NCBI GenBank assembly: GCA_963718915.1
Contig: CAVRAI010000003.1
Span: forward strand, 690,001-722,000
Source of the DNA: an uncultured Chloroflexia bacterium
GTDB taxonomy: Bacteria; Chloroflexota; Ktedonobacteria; Ktedonobacterales; JADMIN01
DNA length: 32,000 nt
Direction: 5' to 3'
In this document: piece by piece, positions 17,940 to 26,734 of the stretch
Layout of the letters: every line of letters starts with the position of its first letter
Position numbering within the stretch: position 1 is the first letter of the stretch
Notes under the pieces: generated by a model
What the model was told of the DNA's origin: nothing
What the model saw: only the letters and a program-made list of their open reading frames with translations
Databases searched by the model: none
Position numbers and translations under genes: made by a program

Positions 17940-18410
17940 ATGGCGGAAGCCACGAACCCAATGGACGCGAATGCCATGCGCGCGGCAAGTTCTCCGCCGA
18001 TGGCGCAAGCGGCCCCTGTCGCAACGACTCGCCCCGGCCTGGTCACGTTCGCTGGCGTGATGCTGTTCATTCTCGGCGGATTTCAGTTGACGTGGGCGAT
18101 TGTCGAGTTCGCGAATGCCGCCTGGCTCGCGGGCACGGTCTATGGCACCTTCAATGGATACCTCTGGCTGTGGGGCATTCTGGATCTGCTATTTGCGGCA
18201 ATCTTGTTCTATGCTGGCTACGATATCCTTCGCGGCGGCACATTCGGACAGGTGTTTGGCGTGCTGATCGCCGGACTCAGCGCCATTCGATGGTTCTTTT
18301 ACCTTCCGGCGGCGCCGTGGGTGGGGCTTGCGGTCATCGCGCTTGACATCCTCATCATCTACGGACTCGTTGCCCATGTGGACTATTTCCGCAGAAATTC
18401 TCCGGCCTAG
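17940..18410 (+). CDS. small 4-TM membrane protein (DUF7144-like by memory)
   Basis: ATG at 17940 with AGGAG 7 nt upstream; the track start is 17862. TM segments: LVTFAGVMLFILGGFQLTWAIVEF, LWLWGILDLLFAAILFYAGYDIL, FGVLIAGLSAIRWFFYL, VGLAVIALDILIIYGL. Confidence 0.65.
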   Translation: MAEATNPMDANAMRAASSPPMAQAAPVATTRPGLVTFAGVMLFILGGFQLTWAIVEFANAAWLAGTVYGTFNGYLWLWGILDLLFAAILFYAGYDILRGGTFGQVFGVLIAGLSAIRWFFYLPAAPWVGLAVIALDILIIYGLVAHVDYFRRNSPA

Positions 18411-18678
18411 TTTGGTATAGCTTGAGCCATAGCTTGGCCATAGCGCACCAGACAGGCAGGCGCTTCGGAATCACCCCGGATGCGGTGTAGACCGTATTCG
18501 GGGTATTTTTTACCCTCCGCCGCGCGCGCTCGCGTGTGATGAACGGCCAGTTTTTCCTATGGCTTGCTTGATCACAATGGTATCCTATCCGAAAGGGTGA
18601 GTTATCACCTCACCCCTGGGGCAGGTATCGCACGGAATCATCATAAGTAATCCTGGCCGACAAGACGGAGTGACGCAA

Positions 18679-19248
18679 ATGCATTATCAGGTTGTGGCAA
18701 AATCTGGCGAGCCTTCTGGCGCCTGGGACTATTACCCCTATTGGGCGCCGGTCCGCGAAAAAGGCGCGGCGGAGCGACTCGCCAGCTATGCCGCTCAAAG
18801 CGGCTATGAGGCCGCCATTCTCCAGAGTGTGACACCCCAGATGCTTGAGTACGTCGCGATCAGGGTGGTGGAGCGGCAAGATACCGACCTGCTGCCTTCG
18901 CTGCGGTATCTACCAGGGGCGCCCGCGGCGCGCATGAACGGCAGACAGCAGCGTGCCGTCGAGACGACGTTTCGGCCATCGCCAGTGCTGGATCCCTACA
19001 CAGACAGCACTGACAAGGCGGAGCTGGACGCCCGGCGCCTCGACGCGGAGCTTGGCCCAGGTGGCGATATTCTGCAGCAGCGAACAACCGTGCGCAGGCA
19101 TCCATCGCTGCCGTTGCGTATGGATATCATCAGCGCCTGGCTGCGGCTCCGGGAAAAAGTCGTTATCGGGGCGGTTGGCGGAGACAATGATGGATTGGCG
19201 GAGGATGTGGAGGGCGACACACGCGACGCGCACGCCCCCTCCATATAG
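18679..19248 (+). CDS. hypothetical protein
   Basis: ORF of about 190 aa. ATG at 18679 lies 8 nt after GACGGAG; the track uses the GTG at 18670. No motif recognised. It is convergent with the kinase at 19276. Confidence 0.5.
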   Translation: MHYQVVAKSGEPSGAWDYYPYWAPVREKGAAERLASYAAQSGYEAAILQSVTPQMLEYVAIRVVERQDTDLLPSLRYLPGAPAARMNGRQQRAVETTFRPSPVLDPYTDSTDKAELDARRLDAELGPGGDILQQRTTVRRHPSLPLRMDIISAWLRLREKVVIGAVGGDNDGLAEDVEGDTRDAHAPSI

Positions 19249-19275
19249 CCCGCATAGGCGCCGTATACACGCCGT

Positions 19276-20496
19276 TCAGGACGCGCTCATCCGCAGGGGA
19301 AGGGTACACCAGAAGGTTGCGCCATTGCCCGCTTCGCTCTCGACCCCTACCTCGCCGCCATGCTGCTCGACGATGAGCCGACTGATGTAGAGGCCAAGCC
19401 CCAATCCGGCATCACTCCCGCTCTGTGGCCTGGTATCAGGCGCCTGATAGAAGCGTTCCCAGATATGCGCCTGAACGCCGGGCGCCAATCCTGGCCCCTG
19501 ATCGCGCACCGAGACATGCGCCATGCCTTCCCCGACGCGCAGATCCACCCAGATGGGCCTGGAGAGGGGGGAATACTTGCAGGCGTTATTCAGATAATTG
19601 GTGAGCACCTGCGCAAGCCGCACGGGATCGGCCAGGATGTAGATGTGGCGATGTCTGTCTAGATGCAGGCGTAGGCGTCGCGAGGGGTATAGCTGGCGGT
19701 GGTCTGCCACCTGCGCGCGTACCAGTGTGACGAGATCGCACCATTCGGGGTGGATCGCGAGTCGGCCAGTGCGCGCATGCGTCACTTCGAGCAAACTGTT
19801 CAGCAGGCTCCCCAGCTTAGTAGATGCCTGTTGCGCGGCGTCAAGAGACTTCCGGAGGGAAGCCGCGGCCGGGGCGGTCGCCTGCCCATCCTGGGGGATG
19901 ATGGCGCTGAGTCTGCGCTCGGCGAGGTCGATCTGTCCGCTGATCACGGCCAGTGGCGTGCGGAATTCGTGGGCAGCTATCGCGATAAACAGTTCCATGT
20001 GGTGTAACGCCTCGCGTTCATCCCTGCCCAGTGTCTGCGCGGTGATGTCGAGGCGCTGAATCAGCGCGCCTGGCTGACCGTGCGCCAGCGGCGTGGCGGT
20101 CAACTGGAACCATCGCTGGCTGGCAGGCGCGGAGTGTGAGGGGTATGGATATTCCAGCATGAAGAGCGCCCGCTGTCCGGCCAGCACCTCGCGGATACCC
20201 TGATACGCCTGCTGGGCAGTCTCTTCGTGCAGTCCGAAGGCGGGGCGACTCACGTCGAAATAGTTCAAGCCGAGACCACTCTCAGGAAACGAGGGGACGC
20301 CGTCTTGGGCGGCGAAACGTCGCCAGGCCTCGTTGACGGCTACGATGCCGCCGTCTCGGTCGAGAATCGCGGCCTGCCAGGGCAGCGCGGAGAGCAGGTC
20401 AGCCCCTCCCGCGCCGCGGTGCGGAGGCAGTGTTTTGAAGGCGGCCCTGATCTTGAAGCGATTTGTTGAATAGATGCGTTTGCTGTTGAGTAGCAT
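19276..20496 (-). CDS. cytoplasmic sensor histidine kinase (PAS-like N-terminus, HisKA, HATPase_c), paralogue of 7789..9108
   Basis: ATG at 20496 with AAGGAGGGGG upstream. PAS-like region: LPWQAAILDRDGGIVAVNEAWRRFAA. H-box: AAHEFRTPLAVISG. ATPase region: NYLNNACKYSP, VRDQGPGL, GLGLGLYISRLIVEQHGGEVGVESEAGNGATFWCTLPL. Confidence 0.9.
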   Translation of the reverse strand: MLLNSKRIYSTNRFKIRAAFKTLPPHRGAGGADLLSALPWQAAILDRDGGIVAVNEAWRRFAAQDGVPSFPESGLGLNYFDVSRPAFGLHEETAQQAYQGIREVLAGQRALFMLEYPYPSHSAPASQRWFQLTATPLAHGQPGALIQRLDITAQTLGRDEREALHHMELFIAIAAHEFRTPLAVISGQIDLAERRLSAIIPQDGQATAPAAASLRKSLDAAQQASTKLGSLLNSLLEVTHARTGRLAIHPEWCDLVTLVRAQVADHRQLYPSRRLRLHLDRHRHIYILADPVRLAQVLTNYLNNACKYSPLSRPIWVDLRVGEGMAHVSVRDQGPGLAPGVQAHIWERFYQAPDTRPQSGSDAGLGLGLYISRLIVEQHGGEVGVESEAGNGATFWCTLPLRMSAS

Positions 20497-20948
20497 CTGG
20501 CCCCCTCCTTACCCTTCGGGCAGACCCCAGGGGCGAACCTGAATGTTGCCCTGTACGCGGCCCGCGCCGATAGAGCTTCCGCTCACGATCCAGTCATGTA
20601 TGCGCTCCATGCCAGACTCATGCCAGACTCATGTCAGGTCACGCCCAATCTACTTCACACATGCGGGATTTATACAAGACCCACGCCCTGGCGCGGAAGA
20701 AAAATGAGCCTGCATACATCCTTTCCTTGCCCCTGGCAGAGGGGACATATCGAAATTCGCCAACGAATCGAGAAGGGTTGCAACTTTCGGCGCATGCGCC
20801 CCATGTCGATGTGCTGCTACACTCCTCATCCTGGGGATAGCACGTCAAGATGGGAGGCTCTGGAGAGGCGGCGGCTTGATTCCTCGCCTGAGCCAGCCTT
20901 CACAAGACGGTGCGCCACATCAGCGACGGCGGAGAAGGAGGTTGCCAG

Positions 20949-21614
20949 ATGACAGGACCCATGGGTGAACTTGGCCGTATGCGTCTGATGATAGTCGATG
21001 ACCATGTGGTTTTGCGGCGTGGTGTCGTCGCCTCGCTGTCGGACTTTGAAGACATCGAGGTGGTAGCCGAGGCAAACAGTGGGGAAGATGCGCTGGTGTT
21101 GTGCCAGACGATTTCGGTGGATGTCGTGCTGATGGATCTGATGATGCCGCCAGGAATGAGCGGGGTGGAGGCCATTCAGGTGTTGCATGACACCTACCCT
21201 GATCTGCAGTTGATCGCCTTTACCAGCTATCGCGATGAGTCGCTGGTGGAGGAGGCGCTGCGAGCGGGAGCGATTAGCTATCTGCTGAAGGATGTATCGC
21301 CTGAGGATCTCGCCAAGGCAATTCGGCTGGCTGGCCAGGGTATGCCTGTTCTCGCGCCCGCAGCGACACAATCCCTGGTTCATGCGCTGGCGCAACGACA
21401 TCCCAAGTTGGGGTATGATCTGACCGATCGTGAGCGGCAGGTGCTTGCCCTGCTGACTGAAGGCCTTTCCAACCACGATATTGCCGAGCGTCTGGTCATC
21501 ACGCCTGCCACAGTGAAGTTCCACACGCGTAGCATTCGCCACAAACTTGGCACCACAAGCCGAACCGAGACCGCTATTCTCGCGTTACAGAACCATCTCA
21601 TCCCGGTTGGATGA
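20949..21614 (+). CDS. NarL/FixJ-family response regulator (REC + LuxR-type HTH)
   Basis: ATG at 20949 with AAGGAGG upstream; the track start is 20910. Receiver region: RLMIVDDHVVLRRGV...VDVVLMDLMMP...AFTSY. HTH: LTDRERQVLALLTEGLSNHDIAERLVITPATVKFHTRSIRHKLG. Confidence 0.92.
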   Translation: MTGPMGELGRMRLMIVDDHVVLRRGVVASLSDFEDIEVVAEANSGEDALVLCQTISVDVVLMDLMMPPGMSGVEAIQVLHDTYPDLQLIAFTSYRDESLVEEALRAGAISYLLKDVSPEDLAKAIRLAGQGMPVLAPAATQSLVHALAQRHPKLGYDLTDRERQVLALLTEGLSNHDIAERLVITPATVKFHTRSIRHKLGTTSRTETAILALQNHLIPVG

Positions 21615-21653
21615 GCGGGAGCTGTTCGTCCGCATCAGCGCCTGCGACAAGGA

Positions 21654-21680
21654 GCCTGCGCCCTCGTGGCGCAGGCCTTT
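21654..21680 (+). terminator. GC-rich hairpin 40 nt after the response-regulator stop (possible intrinsic terminator)
   Basis: gcctgcgcc (21654-21662), loop ctcgt, ggcgcaggc (21668-21676), then ctttc. The stem is a perfect 9 bp, but the U-tract is weak. Confidence 0.35.
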
Positions 21681-22027
21681 CAGTATGGCAGCGCATCACC
21701 GCTATAGCTGGGTTTGTACCTGTCCGCAAGGGGTGTCTGCAACTAGCCTCCAATACACGCCTTGCATCTGTGGTTCTCGCGCGATCTGTGAGATACACTT
21801 CCAAATCAATCAGTATTGAGGACAGGGATTTCTGCTGGGCTGTGTTCATCCTACACGCGACATCAGCCTCGTTTGTCCAGCCGCCACAGACCGAACTGCC
21901 CGTCACTGGATATCTCCAACCTCTGAATGGACGGGTGAGGTTCACCGGACTCAACGGCTATTGGATACGTCGCCTGAGTGCCTGCGTACAACAGAGTCGC
22001 CAGATGACTCAGGTAGGAGAAATCTGC

Positions 22028-22363
22028 ATGGACACCAGCGCGCACAGCGATGCCGAGTATTGGGAGCAGGAGATTGGGCGTCTCCATGCACGCATCGATG
22101 ATTTCGAGGCGCGTTTCGAGGCTGAGTATCATATCCTGCGTGGCATCGTCGATACGCAGATCGCGGAAATGCGGGCGATGGTGCGGAAGGTGGAGAGCGA
22201 CGTCGCCGCTATCCGCCCAGACGCCTATGTGCAACAAGTCGCCGACCAGGTCGCGGAGCTGAAGCTCAAGGGTGATCAGGCCTACGAACTGCTCCAGACG
22301 CGGCTGGTCGCGGACGCCTCGCGGGATACTGATCTGCGTGACGTAGAGCCTCCGGCGTCATAG
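22028..22363 (+). CDS. small coiled-coil hypothetical protein
   Basis: ATG at 22028 is preceded by AGGAGAAATCTGC. It encodes 111 aa rich in heptad-like E/R/A/I sequence (EQEIGRLHARIDDFEARFEAEYHILRGIVDTQIAEMRAMVRKVE). The upstream part of track ORF 21611..22363 looks non-coding. Confidence 0.5.
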   Translation: MDTSAHSDAEYWEQEIGRLHARIDDFEARFEAEYHILRGIVDTQIAEMRAMVRKVESDVAAIRPDAYVQQVADQVAELKLKGDQAYELLQTRLVADASRDTDLRDVEPPAS

Positions 22364-22521
22364 CCACTCACCCCGCGGCGAGGTCGATCCCACCCCTCGG
22401 GCGGGGGCGATGACTTGCTGTGGAAACGCCACCTGGGCACAGTGCTATGGCGAAGTGTCGCGACTATACTCTGCTCACGTGCGCCGGATACGGGAGATAA
22501 CCGCGTGCAGGCCTGAATCTT

Positions 22522-22596
22522 GCGTGATGGGCGTGATGGGCGTGATGGGCGCGATGGGCGCGATGGGCGCGATGTGCGTGGTGATGTGCGCGATGT
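22522..22596. repeat. 9-bp minisatellite, about 8 units (gcgtgatgg x3, gcgcgatgg x2, gcgcgatgt variants)
   Basis: Read directly from the sequence. It is intergenic, about 100 nt upstream of the start at 22693. The long ORFs through it (RPSRPS... and MGVMGVMG...) are repeat artefacts. Confidence 0.9.
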
Positions 22597-22692
22597 GCGA
22601 GTCGAGCACGTTGAGCGAGATGTCAGGGTAGAGGCAATCCGCAAGGCGTCACACTGGGTTGAACGTCGAGCAATTGAAGAGGAGAGGTGGAG

Positions 22693-22938
22693 ATGGGTAC
22701 GCTACGAATCATGTCTCGACGCGGCGATGATCGCGTGCAATGGGATACCAGTCGCGTGCTAGATGGTGAGATGGACGCAGTAGCGGCCGTCCGCGAAGCC
22801 GAACGCATCTTCGAGCAGCAGCGGGCGAAGGGGGCCACCGCGTTCAAAGTCACGAAGGGCCAGGCAGCCGTTCGTATCGATCAGTTCGACCCTGAGGCTG
22901 AGCAGATCATGATCGTCCCACGTGTGGTGGGAGGCTAG
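22693..22938 (+). CDS. small conserved-looking hypothetical protein (81 aa) ending in Gly-Gly
   Basis: ATG at 22693 with GGAGAGG 5 nt upstream. Translation: MGTLRIMSRRGDDRVQWDTS...EAERIFEQQRAKGATAFKVTKGQAAVRIDQFDPEAEQIMIVPRVVGG, then stop. Confidence 0.6.
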   Translation: MGTLRIMSRRGDDRVQWDTSRVLDGEMDAVAAVREAERIFEQQRAKGATAFKVTKGQAAVRIDQFDPEAEQIMIVPRVVGG

Positions 22939-23218
22939 CGACCGTTCGCATCGATCGGTGCGCTCTGCGTATATACCCCTAAATCGAAAATGCCGCCGCT
23001 GGCTCAGCGCATCTCTACGTCTGCCCTCGAAGATTTGCCTGGGCCGGTAGCCCTGTCGCCCAGGCTGATTCTCTGGTTGATTCCGCTGAATACGACGCGC
23101 GGGCGGGTTCTACTGTGCAATCCAAAAAAACATGGCGTAGGGGAATGTATGGCGTCGGAGAATCGATACTCAGCTCGATGCCGGTCTCGATGCCGGGCAG
23201 GATACGACTGGGCGCCCC

Positions 23219-23896
23219 GTGGTTGATACCGGCATTGACGCTTCGCGTATCTTCCGCGGTGAGCGTCGGCTTCCGGTCACGCTGGCGCTGACGCTCCTGG
23301 TGGCCATGGCGCTGCCGTTTTTTTCGCCCGAGAAACTCAGTCTCGGCCCGAAGTGGCTGCTCGTGGTTTTGTTGGGGGTATTCCTGATCGCTACGCTGGT
23401 GGCTGGCCCCGACCTCGTGAAGCGCCGGGCGACAGTGCTGCGCGTGATGGCGTTTGGCGTCGTGGTGGTGCTCGTCTTGAAGGACAGTTGGAGCACCACC
23501 AATCTCCTCGTCGACCTCATCAAAGGTGGCCCAGAAACCAATAACCCGACCGTGCTCCTGATCACAGGGGGAGGGGTCTGGGTAGGCAATAACATCGTGT
23601 TCGCCATGCTCTATTGGGAACTCGATAGCGGCGGCCCGGTGGAACGCGCCCGCCGTACGGTGAAATATCCAGATTTCGCTTTCCCCGGCCAGCTGGCCCC
23701 AGACATTGTGCCTCCAGGCTGGAAGCCCGTTTTCATTGACTATTTGTATCTGGGCTTCACGAATGCGCTGGCGTTCAGCCCCACCGATGTCATGCCGCTT
23801 ACGCACTGGGCGAAGCTCACAATGGCGCTCCAGTCGATCATTTCCGTAGCAATCCTCAGTCTGGTGGTCGCCAGGGCCGTCAATATCCTGACCTAG
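23219..23896 (+). CDS. DUF1345-like integral membrane protein
   Basis: GERRLPVTLALTLLVAMALPFFSPEKLSLGPKWLLVVL... and the C-terminal YLYLGFTNALAFSPTDVMPLTHWAKLTMALQSIISVAILSLVVARAVNIL match my memory of DUF1345. The GTG start has no clear SD, so the start is uncertain. The frame is open back to 23141 and contains a 12-bp x2 duplication (23174-23197). Confidence 0.65.
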   Translation: MVDTGIDASRIFRGERRLPVTLALTLLVAMALPFFSPEKLSLGPKWLLVVLLGVFLIATLVAGPDLVKRRATVLRVMAFGVVVVLVLKDSWSTTNLLVDLIKGGPETNNPTVLLITGGGVWVGNNIVFAMLYWELDSGGPVERARRTVKYPDFAFPGQLAPDIVPPGWKPVFIDYLYLGFTNALAFSPTDVMPLTHWAKLTMALQSIISVAILSLVVARAVNILT

Positions 23897-24198
23897 CTCG
23901 GTCCTGTTGCGGCAAGCTGGTTAGGCCTCTATGCCTGCGGACTGGCTGGTGGCAGATCACCATCCCCGCACAATGCGCAGGCCGCACTCACCCATAGGCC
24001 GGGTAGACAGCCCCCCGCTGGAGGGGCATACGACTAGTCACCGAGACCGCCCACGCGGTCGGCGTCTGAAACGGCGTCACGCGCTACGATGCAGCGGGGG
24101 CTACTGGCGCATACAAACACGGTAGCCGTCAGTTCGCATGTTCGTAATTCAGATACACAGCATGGGCTGGCTCAGGCCAGGAAAGGACCAACCAAGCG

Positions 24199-26550
24199 AT
24201 GACGAAGCCATTCAAGGGGACGATCAACGTCGACATCCGCGACTCGCAGCCCGACTGGGAACCCTTCGAGCCGCCCAAAGCGTCGGAGAGAGCGCCGAAT
24301 GTCCTCTACATCGTGCTGGATGATGTCGGGTTTTCTGCCATCGGTTGCTATGGCGGTCCGGTCGAGACGCCCAACATCGACCGCATCGCCAATAATGGCA
24401 TCCGCTACACCCAGTTCCACACCACGGCGCTCTGCTCGCCGACCCGCTCATGCCTGCTGACCGGGCGCAACCACACCCGCAACAGCATGGCCTGTATCAC
24501 CGAGGCGGCAATTGGCTTCCCCAACGCCAGCGGCACCATCCCGCCTGAAAATGGCATGCTCTCGGAGATTTTGGGCGAACAGGGCTGGAACACCTATATC
24601 GTTGGCAAGTGGCATCTCTGCCCGACCGATGAGATGAACCTCGCCTCCACCCGGCGCAACTGGCCCTCAGGCCGCGGCTTCGAGCGCTTCTATGGGTTTC
24701 TGGGCGCGGAGACGAACCAGTGGTATCCCGAACTGGTCTATGACAACCACCCAGTTGATCCGCCCATGACGCCGGAGGAGGGCTACCATTTCACCGAGGA
24801 CGTCACCAACAAGGCAATCGAGTTCATCCAGGACGCCAAGGCGGTCGCTCCCGACAAGCCGTTCTTCCTCTACTATGCCCCCGGCGCCTGCCACGCGCCG
24901 CATCAGGCGCCGCGCGAATGGATCGATAAATACAAGGGCCGCTTCGACATGGGCTACGAGGCCATGCGGACACAAACCCTCGCCCGCCAGAAAGAACTGG
25001 GCCTCATCCCGCAGGATACAGAACTGCCCCCCATCAACCCGATTGGCACGCCGCAGACGCGCACCGGGCCAGACGGCAAGCCGTTCCCGGAGACCGATTA
25101 CACGCGCCCGTGGGACTCGCTTTCAGCGGACGAGAAGCGGCTCTTCGCGCGGATGGCGGAAGTCTATGCCGGATTCCTCGCCCATGCCGACTATCACATC
25201 GGGCGGCTGCTCAGCTACCTGGAAGAGACCAACCAGTTGGAGAATACGCTGTTGATACTGGTCTCCGACAATGGCGCGAGTGGCGAGGGTGGGCCAAATG
25301 GCTCGGTGAACGAGAACAAACTGTTCAACGGTATTCCCGACGACATTGAAGCCAACCTGGCGATGCTGGATGACCTGGGCAGCCCGAAGACCTACAACCA
25401 TTATCCCAATGGCTGGGCAATGGCGTTCAACACTCCCTTCAAGATGTGGAAGCGCTACGAGTTCAATGGCGGCACCAGCGATCCGTGTATCGTTTCCTGG
25501 CCAGCGGGCATCAAGGTGAAAGGCCAGATCCGCGAGCAGTATCACCATGCCATCGATCTGGTTCCCACGGTCCTCGACGTGCTGGGAGTGGAGGCGCCGA
25601 CGACGATCAAGGGGCATACGCAGAGCCGTTTCGACGGCGTGAGTATGCGCTACAGCTTTGAGGATGCCAAGGCGCCGACCGCTCGGCCTACGCAGTTCTA
25701 CAGCATGCTGGGTTCGCGGGGCATCTGGCATGACGGCTGGAAGGCGATCACCACGCACCCCACCATTAGCGGCTGGAGCCACTTCAACGAGGATACCTGG
25801 GAGCTTTACCATACCGATGTCGACCGCTCGGAGGTCCACAATCTGGCGGCAGAGCAACCGGATAAGCTGCGCCAGTTGATCGGCGCGTGGTTCGCGGAGG
25901 CGGGCGCAAATGGCGCCTTCCCGCTGGACGACCGCTCGGCGCTAGAGATCTTCAATACGCCGCGCCCACAACTCACCAAACCCCAGAACCGCTATCGCTA
26001 CTATCCCGATACTGCTCTGGTGCCCGGTGTCCAGGCGGTCAATACGCGCAACCGCTCGTTCACCATCGGCGCCGTCGTGGACATTCCCGCCCCCGGCGCG
26101 CAGGGTGTGCTCTTCGCGTACGGGTCGCGCTTCGGTGGCCACGCGCTCTACGTCAAGGACAACCGGCTGCGCTATGTCAACAATTTCGTCGGCATCGAGG
26201 AGCAGAAGATCGTCGCCGATGTGGACCTGCCGACCGGCAACGACCTGATTCTCTCGGCGTCGTTCGACAAGGATGGCGAGGTGACGCCTGGGACGGCGAC
26301 GGGGATACTCTCGCTCTACATCGGGGACAAAAAGGTTGGTGAGGGGCGGATTAAGACACAGCCCGGCGACTTCGGCCTGGGGACTGGGGTGACCATTGGC
26401 CGGAGTGCGCGGCAGGTGGCCGACGACTACCCCGGTCAGCGGCCCTGGCGGTTTACTGGAGGCACGCTCAAGATGGTCGCGGTCGATGTGAGCGGCGAGC
26501 CGTATGTGGACCTCGAGCGCGCAGCCGTCGCCATGATTGCGCGTGAATAG
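24199..26550 (+). CDS. arylsulfatase (type I sulfatase, Cys-type formylglycine motif), large AtsA-like form
   Basis: PNVLYIVLDDVGFS, the signature TTALCSPTRSCLLTGRNH (C-x-P-x-R), GKWHLCP, LVSDNGAS, and a long C-terminal beta-rich extension. 783 aa. Confidence 0.93.
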   Translation: MTKPFKGTINVDIRDSQPDWEPFEPPKASERAPNVLYIVLDDVGFSAIGCYGGPVETPNIDRIANNGIRYTQFHTTALCSPTRSCLLTGRNHTRNSMACITEAAIGFPNASGTIPPENGMLSEILGEQGWNTYIVGKWHLCPTDEMNLASTRRNWPSGRGFERFYGFLGAETNQWYPELVYDNHPVDPPMTPEEGYHFTEDVTNKAIEFIQDAKAVAPDKPFFLYYAPGACHAPHQAPREWIDKYKGRFDMGYEAMRTQTLARQKELGLIPQDTELPPINPIGTPQTRTGPDGKPFPETDYTRPWDSLSADEKRLFARMAEVYAGFLAHADYHIGRLLSYLEETNQLENTLLILVSDNGASGEGGPNGSVNENKLFNGIPDDIEANLAMLDDLGSPKTYNHYPNGWAMAFNTPFKMWKRYEFNGGTSDPCIVSWPAGIKVKGQIREQYHHAIDLVPTVLDVLGVEAPTTIKGHTQSRFDGVSMRYSFEDAKAPTARPTQFYSMLGSRGIWHDGWKAITTHPTISGWSHFNEDTWELYHTDVDRSEVHNLAAEQPDKLRQLIGAWFAEAGANGAFPLDDRSALEIFNTPRPQLTKPQNRYRYYPDTALVPGVQAVNTRNRSFTIGAVVDIPAPGAQGVLFAYGSRFGGHALYVKDNRLRYVNNFVGIEEQKIVADVDLPTGNDLILSASFDKDGEVTPGTATGILSLYIGDKKVGEGRIKTQPGDFGLGTGVTIGRSARQVADDYPGQRPWRFTGGTLKMVAVDVSGEPYVDLERAAVAMIARE

Positions 26551-26593
26551 GCTTCACCAGCGCTCGAAAGCCTGAGTCAGCCGAAGTGATTGA

Positions 26594-26655
26594 AGGGAGC
26601 GGGAAGCAGTGGCGATACCTGAGATCGCCATGGCCGGGCCGCTCCCTCTTTCTGC
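26594..26655 (+). terminator. nested stem-loop after the sulfatase gene (possible terminator)
   Basis: Outer arms agggagcgg (26594-26602) and ccgctccct (26639-26647). Inner hairpin ggcgat-acctgag-atcgcc. Followed by ctttct. Confidence 0.3.
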
Positions 26656-26734
26656 GAGGCAACGACCTGGCGTGTGTGGGTAGCGTGTCTCGCCTGGCTA
26701 CGCCGTAAGTCGTAACTCGCAAGAGGATCAGGAT

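Noticed and set aside
21611-22027. Upstream two-thirds of track ORF 21611..22363, and the antisense ORF 21598..21954
   Set aside because: It has no coding-like composition or motif. A good SD plus ATG at 22028 defines a shorter, more plausible gene. The region also contains the hairpin that follows the regulator gene.
22522-22596. Possible CRISPR array or protein-coding repeat (track ORFs 22282..22644, 22410..22631 and 22520..22762 read through it)
   Set aside because: Units are only 9 bp and directly abutting with no spacers. The translated products (RPSRPSRPS, MGVMGVMGAMG, GRDGRDGRD) are simple repeat artefacts in every frame.
1011-25857. Long ORFs that overlap better-supported genes: 1011..1697, 3317..4069, 4072..4680, 8167..8922, 11997..12929, 16276..16989, 20826..21542, 23015..23806 and 25123..25857
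   Set aside because: All but one are antisense to genes with clear family motifs; 3317..4069 is a same-strand alternative frame of the DUF4203-like gene. All have Arg/Ala/Gly/His-rich low-information translations, as expected for open off-frames in high-G+C DNA.
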